From Octopus bimaculoides (lineage: Eukaryota), in NCBI RefSeq assembly GCF_001194135.2, contig NC_068996.1, forward strand, positions 37,753,710-37,817,709: a stretch of DNA of 64,000 nucleotides, read 5' to 3'. Both the position numbers and the translations under genes were made by a program. The notes below the pieces were generated by a model, which worked only from the letters and a program-made list of their open reading frames with translations, was not told the origin of the DNA and did no database searches. The first letter of the stretch is position 1. Every line of letters starts with the position of its first letter. Of this stretch, positions 13,210 to 25,479 are shown piece after piece.

Positions 13210-14030
13210 CAGCTGAAATAATACGTGATGATTTACCGAACTGGTCTGAGTTGATTGATAAGAATCTTTAATGAGGGCTATTAATGAGCTTGATTCTTTC
13301 TGATACTTTCAATGGTATTCCAGATGGTTCAGTAGACATAGCCCATAAAGTCACGAAAAGCTAAAAACAAAATTCTAATTCTGACACAGTTTGTTAGTTC
13401 GAGCTTTCTTGTCAATGACAGTTTGATGAATATTCCATAACTCTAGTAGAAAGAGGTGGAGGGTAATCATTCCTGAGTACACTGGAAGAACTATTTGATC
13501 ATGAAAAGCTGATAGCTTGATATAATAACATATTCCAGACACATAGGTGCTGCTGAAATAACCCACAAAGTCTTCCAGTCTTTCAGCATCAGATATATTC
13601 TTCATGAGATAATCCATCTTGTTAACCACTTTAGAAAATCCAGTCTATCCAATATTCTACAAAAATGTTTCACTCAATGCATTACACTGTACGCAGTGTT
13701 TAGTCATGCATTTTCACCTTTCTTCATCAGTTTTGGATCAGATGGTAGAAAAAACTATGAAATTACATTTACGGTCCCAAAATTATAATGATACAATATG
13801 ATTATTGCCTATTTAAAAATCAGTTATCATAAAGGTGGGGTCTGGATTGAACTTTATTCAATCTTGCCTTAAGAACTTTCATATAAACTGGAGAAGGTAT
13901 ACACATGATATACTAAATTGCCAAAATGAACTTGTGCAGTATATAACAGCTAGAATAAGTCTCATGCACTGCTTGAACTCTTCTTGGTATTCATGTAGCT
14001 TTCTATATACAGCCTAGAACCCTCTTTATT
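13210..14030 (-). mobile_element. Mutator/MULE transposase fossil
   Basis: Minus frames give PDPTFMITDF*, FFYHLIQN*, LEDFVGYFSSTYV and LWNIHQTVIDKKARTNK, matching the MULE DFE / CxFHxxQ / RTNN motifs; many stops. Confidence 0.75.
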
Positions 14031-16239
14031 GTTCATTGTTGCTGTCACTAGACAAGCTTTTTTTCTAGGTCACTAAAAGTGTGTAATAAAATTATAAAAC
14101 CTACAATACATACTCACTATAAATTATGAACCTGATGTAACTCTCATACCTGATCGTCATTTGAACTGAAAACATGACTAAGAGAAAGCGTACAGTACTA
14201 AAAGTTTCACATTGCTTTCATTAGAGAAAGTGAACAGAACATTATGTTAGTGTTCTCTTTAATGAATACATCTTGTTTTCATTATTTTGCTTTAAAAAGG
14301 TGCAAAAAAAAAAAAATCACTGAAAAAATAATATTGTGTTCAATTTGTGCTTTAAATGAGGTTAAAGAGTAAAAGGGATTTTGTCCTTTGAAATTGCCAT
14401 TGGGACTTCATATTTACATATAGTGGAAGTCACCTAATATAGTCATGGATAATGTTATCAACCATTTATGGAAAAGGCTTTTCCAAAATTGATTGTAGTA
14501 AGTGGCTTCCACTGTGTATGTAATACACACATACACATGAATATACACAGACAAATACATATACATACACCACATAATTGCACACACAGAGAAATTTATA
14601 TACATTCATACATAGTTACATATTAAGGATTTTCAGAACTATGATTTCGCTATAATTATAACTATTATCATTTATTTATTCCATCCAGAGAATTCTTCTG
14701 TTTAAATTTCTCCTCTATTTTTAATCATCATGTTTAACCGTATGTATTATGAACAAATCATGTGCTATAACTGACATAGCAAAAATGTGCAAAACAGGTT
14801 TTTTGTTTGGGTGGGGAAGAAATATAAGATGTGTATCAGCTAACCTGCAATTAATTGTGTTAGTTTATCCTAAACAGCTATAAACAAATTTGTTTCTGTC
14901 CCCAGGCCTTGAAATATGCATTAACCTAAATATGATATTTAGTTAAAGCTGCATTTCAGCTTTTTTTATTTACTGATTTTGTCAGCTATTCTTCTAAAGG
15001 GTTTGTGTTTGTGCCAGAATCAATATAATCATATTATGTGGAACTTTTACTTTTCTATTTTTATTATTATTTTATCTTATCTTTTAACTTTAATAGTAAT
15101 ATACTCTCCTTATAAGGATGTGGTGTGGCAGAATAGTCAATCACTGAACTAAATATCTCATATTATTTAGGTTTTATCATGAAATTTTATTGACTCCAGG
15201 AGCACGAAAGGTCAAAGTTTACTTTGACCTTTCATACTCCTGAAGTTAATAAAATAAGTTTTATTTTATAATTTAATTTTTAAAGGCTATTGGTTGTATA
15301 TTTATGTATTAAAAGGGTTAATTACAAGGATTTTCAATATCCAGAATAATCATAATAGTGATTAAGGGGAAATATTAGGTATGTATCCCAGATTTTAGAA
15401 TAGATACATTGTAATCTTTGTATGTCAGAAGTAACTAAAAGAGTTATCAAAGAAAGCTTAAAGTGTAAAATACTGACTCAAAAAGACTCATCAAATGTGT
15501 GGTCAACATAGAAAATTGTGTGTAAAAACAACGTCTGTTAGCTGACATTGTTCTTTTATTGATCGAGTAAGGGAATCAATCATTTAATCAATTGATTATA
15601 AATATGTAGTCATCCATACAAATATATACCCTTGTACCAGTGGGAGAATCAATATATCAATGAAATATAGCAAAGTGCTGCAAAGGTGGTCAAGGAGCTA
15701 GACACATTCCACCAATGATGCTTATAGAAGATTTTTTCTAAGTTACCTGAGAAGACAAAATCATAAATGAAGAAAGTTTTCTTTGAAAAAAATCCTTTAC
15801 TGCTACAAAATGTCATAGTACTCCTTCGGTTTCACTTAGTATGTCATATTTTGCATTGGTCAACCACTCAGCATGCAAAAGATTACATTGATGTAAACAC
15901 CAGAAAAAGGTAAAAATATGTATGTATGTATGTATATATATATGTATGNNNNNNNNNNNNNNNNNNNNNNNNNNNNNNNNNNNNNNNNNNNNNNNNNNNN
16001 NNNNNNNNNNNNNNNNNNNNNNNNNNNNNNNNNNNNNNNNNNNNNNNNNNNNNNNNNNNNNNNNNNNNNNNNNNNNNNNNNNNNNNNNNNNNNNNNNNNN
16101 NNNNNNNNNNNNNNNNNNNNNNNNNNNNNNNNNNNNNNNNNNNNNNNNNNNNNNNNNNNNNNNNNNNNNNNNNNNNNNNNNNNNNNNNNNNNNNNNNNNN
16201 NNNNNNNNNNNNNNNNNNNNNNNNNNNNNNNNNNNNNNN

Positions 16240-16460
16240 TGTGTGTAAATCTTTGTGTGTCTGTGATTGTCCCTCCACTATCCCTTGACAACAAATGTTG
16301 ATGTGTTTACATCCCCTGTAACTTAGCAGTTTGGCAAAAGAGCCCAATAGAATAAGTACTAGGCTTACAAAGAATAAGTCCTGAGGTTGATTTGTTGAAC
16401 TAAAGGCAGTGCTCCAGTATGGCCACAGTCAAATGACTGAAGCAAATAAAAGAATGTATA
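16240..16460 (+). mobile_element. SINE family A 3' half (5' part lost in N-gap)
   Basis: Family A tail motifs. Confidence 0.8.
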
Positions 16461-16499
16461 AAAGAGAAAACCTTAGCACTACTCACACTAAATTATGTA

Positions 16500-16740
16500 C
16501 ATTACTTACATTTGACAGATATTTGTCCTCATCTTGTTTGTTGTTAACACAATGTTTCAACTGATATACCCTCCAGCCTTCATCAGGTGTCTTGGGAAAA
16601 TTTCAAACCTGGGTTCTCATTCCTAAGGTATTTTTCAATGTTATTATTATTATTATTCAGGTCACTGCCTTGAATCGAACTCGGAATCTTGGGATTAGTA
16701 GCCTGCACTCTTAACCACTACGCCATATACCCATGGGCAT
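16500..16740 (-). mobile_element. tRNA-headed SINE-like element with (AAT)n linker and a 3' hammerhead module
   Basis: A box TGGCGTAGTGG (16725-16715), B-box-like GAGTTCGATTC (16682-16672), (AAT)n, then GACAC-CTGATGA-A-GGCTG...CAGTT-GAAAC-ATT-GTGTT. Confidence 0.75.
16546..16591 (-). ncRNA. Degenerate type I hammerhead ribozyme (this copy probably inactive)
   Basis: Core CTGATGA and GAAAC intact; stem I GACAC/GTGTT; stem II GGCTG/CAGTT; ACATT in place of the expected palindromic ACGTT (consistent with CpG decay). Confidence 0.7.
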
Positions 16741-17529
16741 ATGACTTCAAATGCACAAGAACCTGTTGTACATGAACAGAGGAATCCACAATTGATCACA
16801 TACCTGTACTAAATTAGGTCACCATGTAGTTTGTAGGACTACAAGCCTGGTGGTTGGTGGTTGTTGTTGTTGGTGGTGGTGGTGGTGGGGAGGGACCCTT
16901 CATGCAAGGGGATGAGGGAATTATCATGAGAATGGGCAGGCAGAACAGGTTCTGCTGAGGGCTGCATGGCTGCTCACATCTAGTAAGGGAAAAGGTGGAA
17001 CGAAAAAGAGAAAGAGAAAATGATAAATAGGAGCCGCATGAGGTAGATAATGTCAATGAAGTGTCCAGGTGTCCCCACAAGGCAAGAGCTGAGGAGAAGT
17101 TTTTGGTTTGCAAGATTGTGTGGGAAGATGCAATGTGGGGTGGGGAGGCAGATTGCTAGAATGGCTAGAGCTGAAGGATGGGGAAACAAGAACTGTGAAC
17201 TGGAAAAAATAGAAGGTTGCAGAATGGTGGTGGGGGAGAGTGAACAGCAGGGATAGTAAAGATGATACAGTCACGAGATGTGGGGAGGGGGAGAAAGAGT
17301 TATTATACAGCTGTGTAGTCTGTGGAGCCAAGAGGGAGGAGGAAATAGTATGATATGAATAATTTAAGGAAATTTCAAAGTTTCGTTAGTTAAATATCAA
17401 ACAAAAGATTATCACTCAAAATTCTACAAATGGTCCAGAATTATTTTAAGACAGCCCTTGTTGCCATTTGCAGCTAGACATAAAGTCATTTTCAATATTG
17501 AACATTTAACAGGAATTTTTCAATCACCT

Positions 17530-17752
17530 AAAATATTCTTTTCTACTCTAGGCACAAGGCCCAAAATTTTGGGGGAGGAGGCCAGTCGATTAGATCAACC
17601 CCAGTGTGCAACTGGTATTTGATTTATTGTCCCCGAAAGGATGAAAGGCAAAGTCGACTTTGGTGAAATTTGAACTCAGTATGTAAAGACAAACAAAATA
17701 CTGCTAAGCATTTTACCTAGCATGCTAACGTTTCTGCTAGCTCACTGCCTTA
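17530..17752 (-). mobile_element. SINE family B (tRNA-like head gagctagcagaaacgttagca; core gtcgactttgcctttcatcc)
   Basis: One of about 12 copies in the window. Confidence 0.8.
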
Positions 17753-18380
17753 AATATTGGAGCACTTTTTCATCTAGTGGAGTGATATATTTATAAGTAT
17801 TCAAATGGTATATTTGAACATAGCATCAAACTCCTATAATTTAGTAATACCTATTCTTTTTGAGATTTTGTCTACATCAGTTGGTGTTCTTTTGCTTTGT
17901 AAGCCTTCTTGATAGTGTAGTTATTCTACAGAGTGCTGTTATTCATCCATTCCTAAATTTTATTATTTTATCATATTACATTAGTATGATAATGATCATC
18001 ATCATCATAATATTGACCATAGCTTGCATTGAGCACAAGAATGGACATGTCACATAGAGCATAATCAGTGTCCTAAGTTTATAAAAAATTGTGATACCAC
18101 TGTTCCCCATCAGTGTTTTGACTGTGGCCCTTATGGTTCATTCTCCTATGGATGAGAAGATAGAAAATTTGGTTTGTGAGCAACTCAGGATGTTTCAGAT
18201 AGTGGCCTAACAAGCTGCTGCTGTCTTCATGTTTTTCAACTAAGAGTGTATCACCACAGTTGTTAATTAGTCATTCAGTTAGATGAGCAGATATACTTCT
18301 AATCTATGAAGAAAAAGCAAAGATGTTTACTTTGCTTTGTTGTTTGGCTCTGGGTTAGCTTTAATTTACTAGATTTATGA

Positions 18381-18595
18381 TTAGTTCCTTAGCACTCAGA
18401 TTATTCTGTCAAACGTAATACTTATTTATTCATGTTGTTTTGAATTAATCATGCAGTATTTCATAGCTTTGAGATTTCAATAATGAATGTATATTTTTAG
18501 AATGACATTGTGTGAGAGGCGAGATCTGGCCTTTCAGACATAAAATAGGAGAATATGTGAGCTAGATGTGGCTGGTTTAAATGCTAAAGGATTAA
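18381..18595. mobile_element. piggyBac-like MITE, same family as 40836
   Basis: Shared body (attattctgtcaaa...ttaatcatgca...aaatgctaaagg.ttaa). Confidence 0.65.
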
Positions 18596-19048
18596 AGTTG
18601 CTCTAGTGATGATCATCCGCTTTCATATCCAGACACAGTACATCCTGGAACACATTATTCAACTTGACCTTTTTTCCTAACATTGTAGGATGTGAATTGA
18701 GGGATATTTGGTTGCTATTTCAAGCAACTTAGGTGATCATATGAAGGTTTCCTTATTGGTTAGCTTACTGAATTTAAGAGAAAAATAGATTAACTTAGCA
18801 TAATTTCTTGTTATGTATAAATGTTACTATTAACAGATTTAATCAATGCAAAATTGGTTTTACGTGCCGTACTTTTTGTGATTATAAATAATTAGACAAA
18901 TCACTTGTTAACTGGAATTAATTAGATACTGTAGTTTTACTAGCAACAGCAGACAGAAGGAATAGTTAAAATAGCAGTAATTATTGTCATTGTAATTGTT
19001 GTTGTTGTTATAATAATGATATACAAAATCCTTTGATGCCAGAGTGAG

Positions 19049-19083
<35 letters not shown>

Positions 19084-19094
19084 TGATGATGATG

Positions 19095-19361
19095 ATAATG
19101 GTTTCAAATTTTGGCACAAGAACTGCAATTTTGAGGGAGTGGGGGTAAGTCTGTTACCTTGTTCAACTGGTACTGATTTTATTGACCCCAAAAGGATGAA
19201 AGGCAAAGTCAACCTTGACAGAATTTGAACTTAGAACATAAGGATCGATGAAATGTCACTAAGGCATTTTGCCTGGTATGTTGGCAATTCTGCCAGCTCA
19301 CCACCTTGATAATAATGATAATAATAATAATCATAATATTAATAATAATAATAATCATAAT

Positions 19362-19403
<42 letters not shown>

Positions 19404-20368
19404 TACGCTGGTGCAGTACTAAGCAGTGGCTCTCATGGCTTCTCATCTTAACTGATTCGAAGTGTTATCATGTACATGGTTTTGTCTTGGTATAAAAGAT
19501 GGGCTACAGCAAATATTCTGCTCAATACCACAGATTTGCTTGTCAGTTGTTTGACATTAACCAGTTGAGCATGTCCCTTGGTAGCTGACATCTCTGATTA
19601 CAAAGCAGGAGTAGTGGGGGAACATCATAGCCATGTGTTGAGAGGAATTCTTTGGAGTTTGAATAATTCACCTCTGGAAACATGGGTATTTCATTCAACA
19701 TCTTTAAACAACCCTTATTCAAGGAACTTTTGAATGGAATGGGCTACTCGACCGGAAGTAAATTTTAACTGCAAGGTTATGAGTTGTTTATCTTGATATG
19801 AGACCACCATGTTGTGCACATATGGTTGCGATGCATGTGCCTACTATACGCTTATCAGACAGGTAGTCATGATGGGTATATTGGGCTTCATATATTTCAC
19901 CCCAGTGTCACTTTGATGGCATGCACTGCTGTCTCACTCAATAATAATAATAATAATGATAATAATAATAATGATTTCAACTAGTACTTATTTTGTTGGC
20001 CTCCAAAAGGATGAAAGGCAGTCGACTTGGGTGGAATTTGAACTCAAAACGTAAAGACCGACAAAATGTCGCTCAGCATTTTGCCCAGCATGTTAATGAT
20101 TCTACTAACTCACCACCTTAATAATAATAATAATAATAACAACAACAACAACTCTTTCTACTGAAGGTACAAGGCCTGAAATTTGGGGAGAAGAGACTAG
20201 TCAATTACATCGACCCCAGTGTTTCACTGGTCCTTAATTTATTGACCCCAAAATGATGCAAAGCAAAGTCGACCATGGCAGCATTCGAACTCAGAAATAT
20301 AGTGATGGGAAAATACTGCTAAGCATTTCATTCAGCATGCTGATGATTCTACCAGCTCACTGCCTTGA
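19095..20368 (-). mobile_element. Three SINE family B copies (19095-19308, 19975-20120, 20153-20368) separated by (AAT)n
   Basis: aaaggatgaaaggcaaagtc motif repeated. Confidence 0.8.
19405..19940. mobile_element. ~535-bp non-coding repeat inserted within an (AAT)n tract
   Basis: Sharp boundaries with (AAT)n on both sides; GC-richer than flanks; no ORF. Confidence 0.6.
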
Positions 20369-20399
20369 GGATGATGATGATAATAATAATAATATTAAT

Positions 20400-20720
20400 A
20401 ATGATCATCAATTATTGTCTGTTTTCCATGCTGGCATGGGTTGGATGGTTTGACTGAGGTCTGGAGAGCCAGTGGCTGCACCAGGCCCCAATCTGATCTA
20501 GCAGAGTTTTTACAGCTGGATGCTTTTCCTAATGCCAACCAATCCGAGAGCATAGTGGGTGCTTTTTACATGCCAGTAAGGCGGGCTTGGCAATGATCGT
20601 GTTCAGATGGTGTTTTTTACATGCCACCGACACAGGAGCCAGTCAGTGGGTACTGGCATCAGTCACAATCAGTTGGTGCTTTTTTTACATGCAACCAGCA
20701 CCAGAGCCAGTAAAGCAGGC
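20400..20720 (-). mobile_element. SINE family D (further - copies at ~9585, ~27925, ~56460)
   Basis: ttttccatgctggcatgggttgga...gctggatgc.ttcctaatgccaacc. Confidence 0.75.
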
Positions 20721-20724
20721 CTGG

Positions 20725-20865
20725 CAACGAACACATTCAGATGAAGCAAGTGTCTCCACTGTGCCACATCTGTAATAGAGTGGATGAAACCATTACCCAT
20801 ATCACAAACAAATGCCCCAGACTTGCCCAAAACCATTACAAGTTGTGGCGATATGATCAGGTAGA
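20725..20865 (+). mobile_element. R4/Dong-clade zinc-knuckle fragment
   Basis: CHICNRVDETITHITNKCPRLAQNHYK (CCHC knuckle followed by LAQ..YK..HDQV-like motif). Confidence 0.7.
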
Positions 20866-20984
20866 AGATGTAAAGAGGATAGTAGATACCAGTGTTGTTC
20901 TTCTAGTTTTTAGGGGTTGGGGCAGGTAGTCAAGTAGTGTTTGTGTCCATTTTATGGCTAAGGTCAGTGGCAATAGAAATATTT

Positions 20985-21330
20985 CTAGCAATGCTTCTTT
21001 TTTCATTTCTTTATTTCTTTTTTCCTCCAGTCCTTTATTTCATCGTTTCCTTAACCTGTACCCTTCACATTTTCCCTATTTGTCTCTGATGATGGAATAT
21101 ATCCCATATTTTGGGATATCTCAGAAACAGCTGTAAGACTAATTTTTCTAATAATAATAATATATATGACTTGAGATGTTTGTCTTGCCTTAGTGTTTGT
21201 TGTCCTTTTTAACAAATATATACCCGCTATACCGGAAATCTATAATGGTTCCATAACTCCCATCTCAGCTATGAGCATGGAACCCTCGTAATCTGTTACA
21301 GCACTTACCCAGCATACCTAGTCGTTTAGA
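20985..21330 (+). mobile_element. Penelope-like pseudo-LTR remnant (P3) containing a type I hammerhead
   Basis: Pyrimidine tract, then the hammerhead motif, then a T-rich tail; adjoins a (TA)n tract and N-gap. Confidence 0.6.
21082..21139 (+). ncRNA. Type I (minimal) hammerhead ribozyme
   Basis: GTCT-CTGATGA-[stem II 21093-21123]-GAAA-C-AGCT-GT-A|AGAC. Stem I GTCT/AGAC; stem III AC/GT with palindromic AGCT loop; predicted GUA cleavage after 21135. Confidence 0.8.
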
Positions 21331-21357
21331 TCACCTATGAACTAAACCCCCATATTT

Positions 21358-21408
<51 letters not shown>

Positions 21409-21523
21409 NNNNNNNNNNNNNNNNNNNNNNNNNNNNNNNNNNNNNNNNNNNNNNNNNNNNNNNNNNNNNNNNNNNNNNNNNNNNNNNNNNNNNNNNNNNN
21501 NNNNNNNNNNNNNNNNNNNNNNN

Positions 21524-21578
<55 letters not shown>

Positions 21579-21630
21579 ATATATGTATGTATATTTTGTA
21601 TATAAAGCCCAAGTGTGTTTATCTGCATCA

Positions 21631-21633
<3 letters not shown>

Positions 21634-21712
<79 letters not shown>
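21634..21712. repeat. (CT)n microsatellite
   Basis: Direct reading. Confidence 0.98.
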
Positions 21713-21716
<4 letters not shown>

Positions 21717-21780
21717 ATATATATGTATATATATGTATATATATATATAGATATATATATAAATGAGTAACAATGATGTA

Positions 21781-22439
21781 TAGGTATCAATTCATTATGG
21801 CCATTTCAAGCAACTCTTTTAATTGATTAATGAAAACATTACATCATTTGAAAGAAACCATTCTCATCAGATGACCACATAGACTTCTAACATAAAGGAT
21901 ACAACCATTTCCTTAACATATTCACATCAATAATAGAACTCAAAATATTTACATTGTTTCTTTTGTCATATTTGTGGCAGAATGAGTTTAGAAAATAATG
22001 CATAACTTGTCAAGTCTATTATAATTTAGGGAGTAGCAGAGGAAATAGTGGGGATCAGGATAAAAAGAGTGGTGACCCAGTTACTTACACTTAGAAGACA
22101 TTATGTAGAATGTGGTCTTCAACCATTTAGAATCAAATCCATTGGAAGTTGTCAACTGTTTTCTAGTTAATGGTAATAAATTAATTCATGCCAGATAATC
22201 TACTAGACTTTACAAGGTATGATTATTTTCTAAACTCATTCTGCCACAGATATGACAAAAGAAACAATGTAAATATTTTGAGTTTGTTGTTGATGTGAAT
22301 ATGTTATGGAAATGTTTGTATCCTTTATGTTTGAAGTCTATGCTGTCATCTGATGAGAACAGTTTCTTTCAAATGATGTAATGTTTTCATTAATCAATCA
22401 AGGGAGTCACTTGAAATGGCCATAATGAATTGACACCTG
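21781..22439. mobile_element. Tc1/mariner/pogo-type MITE with ~238-bp TIRs and TA TSD
   Basis: TA|tAGGTATCAATTCATTATGGCC ... GGCCATAATGAATTGACACCTG|TA; arms 21781-22018 and 22204-22439. Confidence 0.85.
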
Positions 22440-23049
22440 TACATCTTTGTTACTCATTTATACTTTATTCACCTAACTTAGAATCTGTACTTCGGAAATT
22501 CTATAGAAAGTACATTTATATAAAGTACTTATCTGAATTACCAAGAGCGGATATCTTCACTTACTTGGGTTGCGTTGTCTACACACACAACAGGAATATC
22601 AGGTACAAACACCCCTGCACGGAGTTTTGATATTCAATATTCGATTAATATTGTTTGAGTGCATCAATTTAAGTACCTAATTTAACGGAATCTTAACTTT
22701 TATATATATACACACACACATTATACACATTAGTATGATCCAAAGAGCCCAATGTAGAAAGTTAGTAAGCTTCGGGCATGTATCCAGTTATTATAGATGA
22801 CAAAAGGTGGACAATATACAATTTTAAAAAATAGTTTATTTACCACTGTAATTTACACAATTTTTTCATATTCAAATCAAAAGAAATTTTGTTAAACTGA
22901 CAATCACCATACAACTCACGATTTAGCAACTACAGTTGCTAAAAAGCATTCTCTTTAGTCCTCCCCATCACTCCTACCCCTCTACCTAGCATCTTTCTCC
23001 TTAGATTAACTGACATCCATAAACACACCCACTTTGATTCCTTTTAGAT

Positions 23050-23740
23050 AATATTCTACTCCTCTTCTTCAACATCCACGGACTTCAATCCAATGTAACC
23101 TTCCCTCTCCCAACACATCACCTCTTAACTAGCACAGAAACTACATATGCTATTCCTCTCCAAGATACAGATCTCTCATTTTTTTCCTTAGGCTGTCTCT
23201 ACAGTCCAAGCAACAATCTGTATTTAAATCTCACTCCAAAAGATATTATCTATCACATATCTAGGTTCCACCATCTCCATTACCTCTTTCACCAAGATAT
23301 CAGTACCTAAATATCAGTAACGATGATGCTGATTACTCTCACTCAAAATTTCCTTTCTCCCACTCTTCCAAATACATAAATTTCCTCTACCACTATCCAA
23401 ACTCAAGATATAAGAGTTTGTCACTATCCAAACTCATATATCTTTCTGCATCAAAAATTTAATAGCTTATTTCATCACTCACCAAAAGAGAAAAATCTTC
23501 ATCCTCTTTTGTGTCTTCAATGTTCACAACTCTTCTGGATTCTTCGACTGATGCTGACAGAGTAGAACCATAATCTTTCTCAATCTTCAATTCTCTATAT
23601 AAACTAACTTCGTCCCTTACACACATCCATGAGCAATTTTATAGGATACTTTAATTGCTTTCAATCACTTTCCTACCAAACCCGACCTCCATCATTATTG
23701 CTGGGATTAACTATAAAATATGGTGGCAATTTATTATTGT
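23050..23740 (+). mobile_element. LINE APE-endonuclease fossil (clade unresolved)
   Basis: LLFFNIHGLQSN...IPLQDT (NxxGL...LQET) and TSIIIAGIN (cf. AGDFN). Confidence 0.55.
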
Positions 23741-23769
23741 GGCCAGGTTCCAACCTGGGCCACAGCAAC

Positions 23770-23935
23770 AAAGTTCACCCACCACATTTCTCGATCCATT
23801 ATCACTGCCTCAAGGTCTTGGATACATTTCAGGTCAGAGTCTGCAATCAAACTGTCATTGTAAGTGTAACTACATTTTCCTCTTCTTACATCACCAAGAC
23901 TAATTTGGATGCTTCTAGTGCAGGGTGGCACATGT
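23770..23935 (-). mobile_element. RTE-like LINE 3' tip
   Basis: DSDLKCIQDLEAVIMDREMW (cf. DL...M.DR..W). Confidence 0.5.
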
Positions 23936-24824
23936 AGTGACCAGAAAGTCACAGCCATCTTTGCTTGATCTTCTCATTAACTTTTAGCAAGTCTCCATAA
24001 AGGCATTCATTTGTCATATGTTGCTGAATGCATTTGTCTGAATGTATGATGGCAAAATCAGGAGAATGGCAGTTTTGCAGTATTTAGTTACATCATCATA
24101 CATTCTGAGTTTAACTTTGCCTTTCATCCTTCTATGGTCAATGAAATAAAGGACCAGTTAAGTTCTAAGATTGAGTATTGATTTCATTGACTGCTATTTC
24201 ATTGATTTTTCATAGACTTTTCTTTTCATTGAGTTAACACAAACACTACTTGACTACCTGCCCCAACCCCCAAAAACTAGAAGAACAGCATTGGTATCTA
24301 CTATCCTCTTTACATCTTCTACCTGATCATATCGCCACAACTTGTAATGGTTTTGGGCACTCCAATAAAATCTGAGTAGTTGAACTTTTGTTAAAATTAT
24401 TAGTTATACTTCAAGTGAATATCCCAGTATTTACATATCATCCATGTCAACTGTTTTGAATTCTTATTTAAAGAATTTATCTTTCCCTGTTTTTGACGTT
24501 GGTGGTGGATTGACAGAATTGTTAGAGCTTAAGACAAAATGGTTTGCCATACTTAGTTTGGACTCTTTACATTCTGAGTACAAATCCAACCAAGATCAAT
24601 TCTGCTTTTTCCTTTTTTAAGGTTGCTAAAATAAAGTACCAGTTAAAAATATTGGAGTCAGTTTAATATATTGTTAACTTACTTGTCTTTGGTACTCAAC
24701 CTGAACTCTCAGGTAACTAGCACCCAGAAAAAAAAAAGAAAGTGCATTATTAATTAAAATTAAGAAAATTTGTCGTAATTTGTGTTAATTAATTGTCATA
24801 AAAGAAAAAAAGAAAAGTTACTGC

Positions 24825-25220
24825 AAGTGTAGCTGTGTGGTAAGAAGAGCTTATTTCCCAACCCTATGGTTACGGATTCAGTCTCGCTACATAGCACTTT
24901 GGGTAAGTGTCTTCTACTGTAGCCTCAGGCTTACCAAAACCTTGTGAATGGATTTGGTAGACAGAAACTGAAAGAAGCTCATCATGTGTGTGTGTATGTT
25001 TGCCTTTGTGTCTGTATTTGTCCCTCACTAGCATTTGACAAAGGAGATTGGTTTGTTTACATCCCATAACTTAGCAGTTCAGTAAAAGTGACCAATAGGA
25101 TATGTACCAGGCTTTACAAAAACAAAAAAATATTGGCATTGATTTGTTCAACTAAAATTCTTCAAAACAGTCTTCCAGCATGGCCTTAGTCTAATAACTG
25201 AAACAAGTGAAAGATAAAGA
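24825..25220 (+). mobile_element. SINE family A
   Basis: Head, CORE-like block and tail present. Confidence 0.85.
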
Positions 25221-25479
25221 TCTAAAATGGATTGTTGCTTCTCAAAGTACAGTATTTTATTTTGCTGCATTTACATTACATGTATATTTTATTAGGTAAA
25301 TAAAACTTGGTTCTTTACTTAAATTATACTTTTATTTCTTCCTATTTCTTTCATTTCTACTATATTCAGAATATCAATGATGTTTACTGATGTGTAGATA
25401 GAGTCTTAATGAGGTTTGTAAGATGCAGTAGTTATTTAAAGAGTGATAATCAGATATCTGGAAGATTCAGTTATCTGTT

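Noticed and set aside
16661-16740. Functional tRNA gene
   Set aside because: Arms are imperfect, there is no acceptor stem or terminator, and it continues into a repeat body; treated as a SINE head.
22349-22380. CTGATGA inside the MITE arm
   Set aside because: No GAAA core or stems follow; not a hammerhead.
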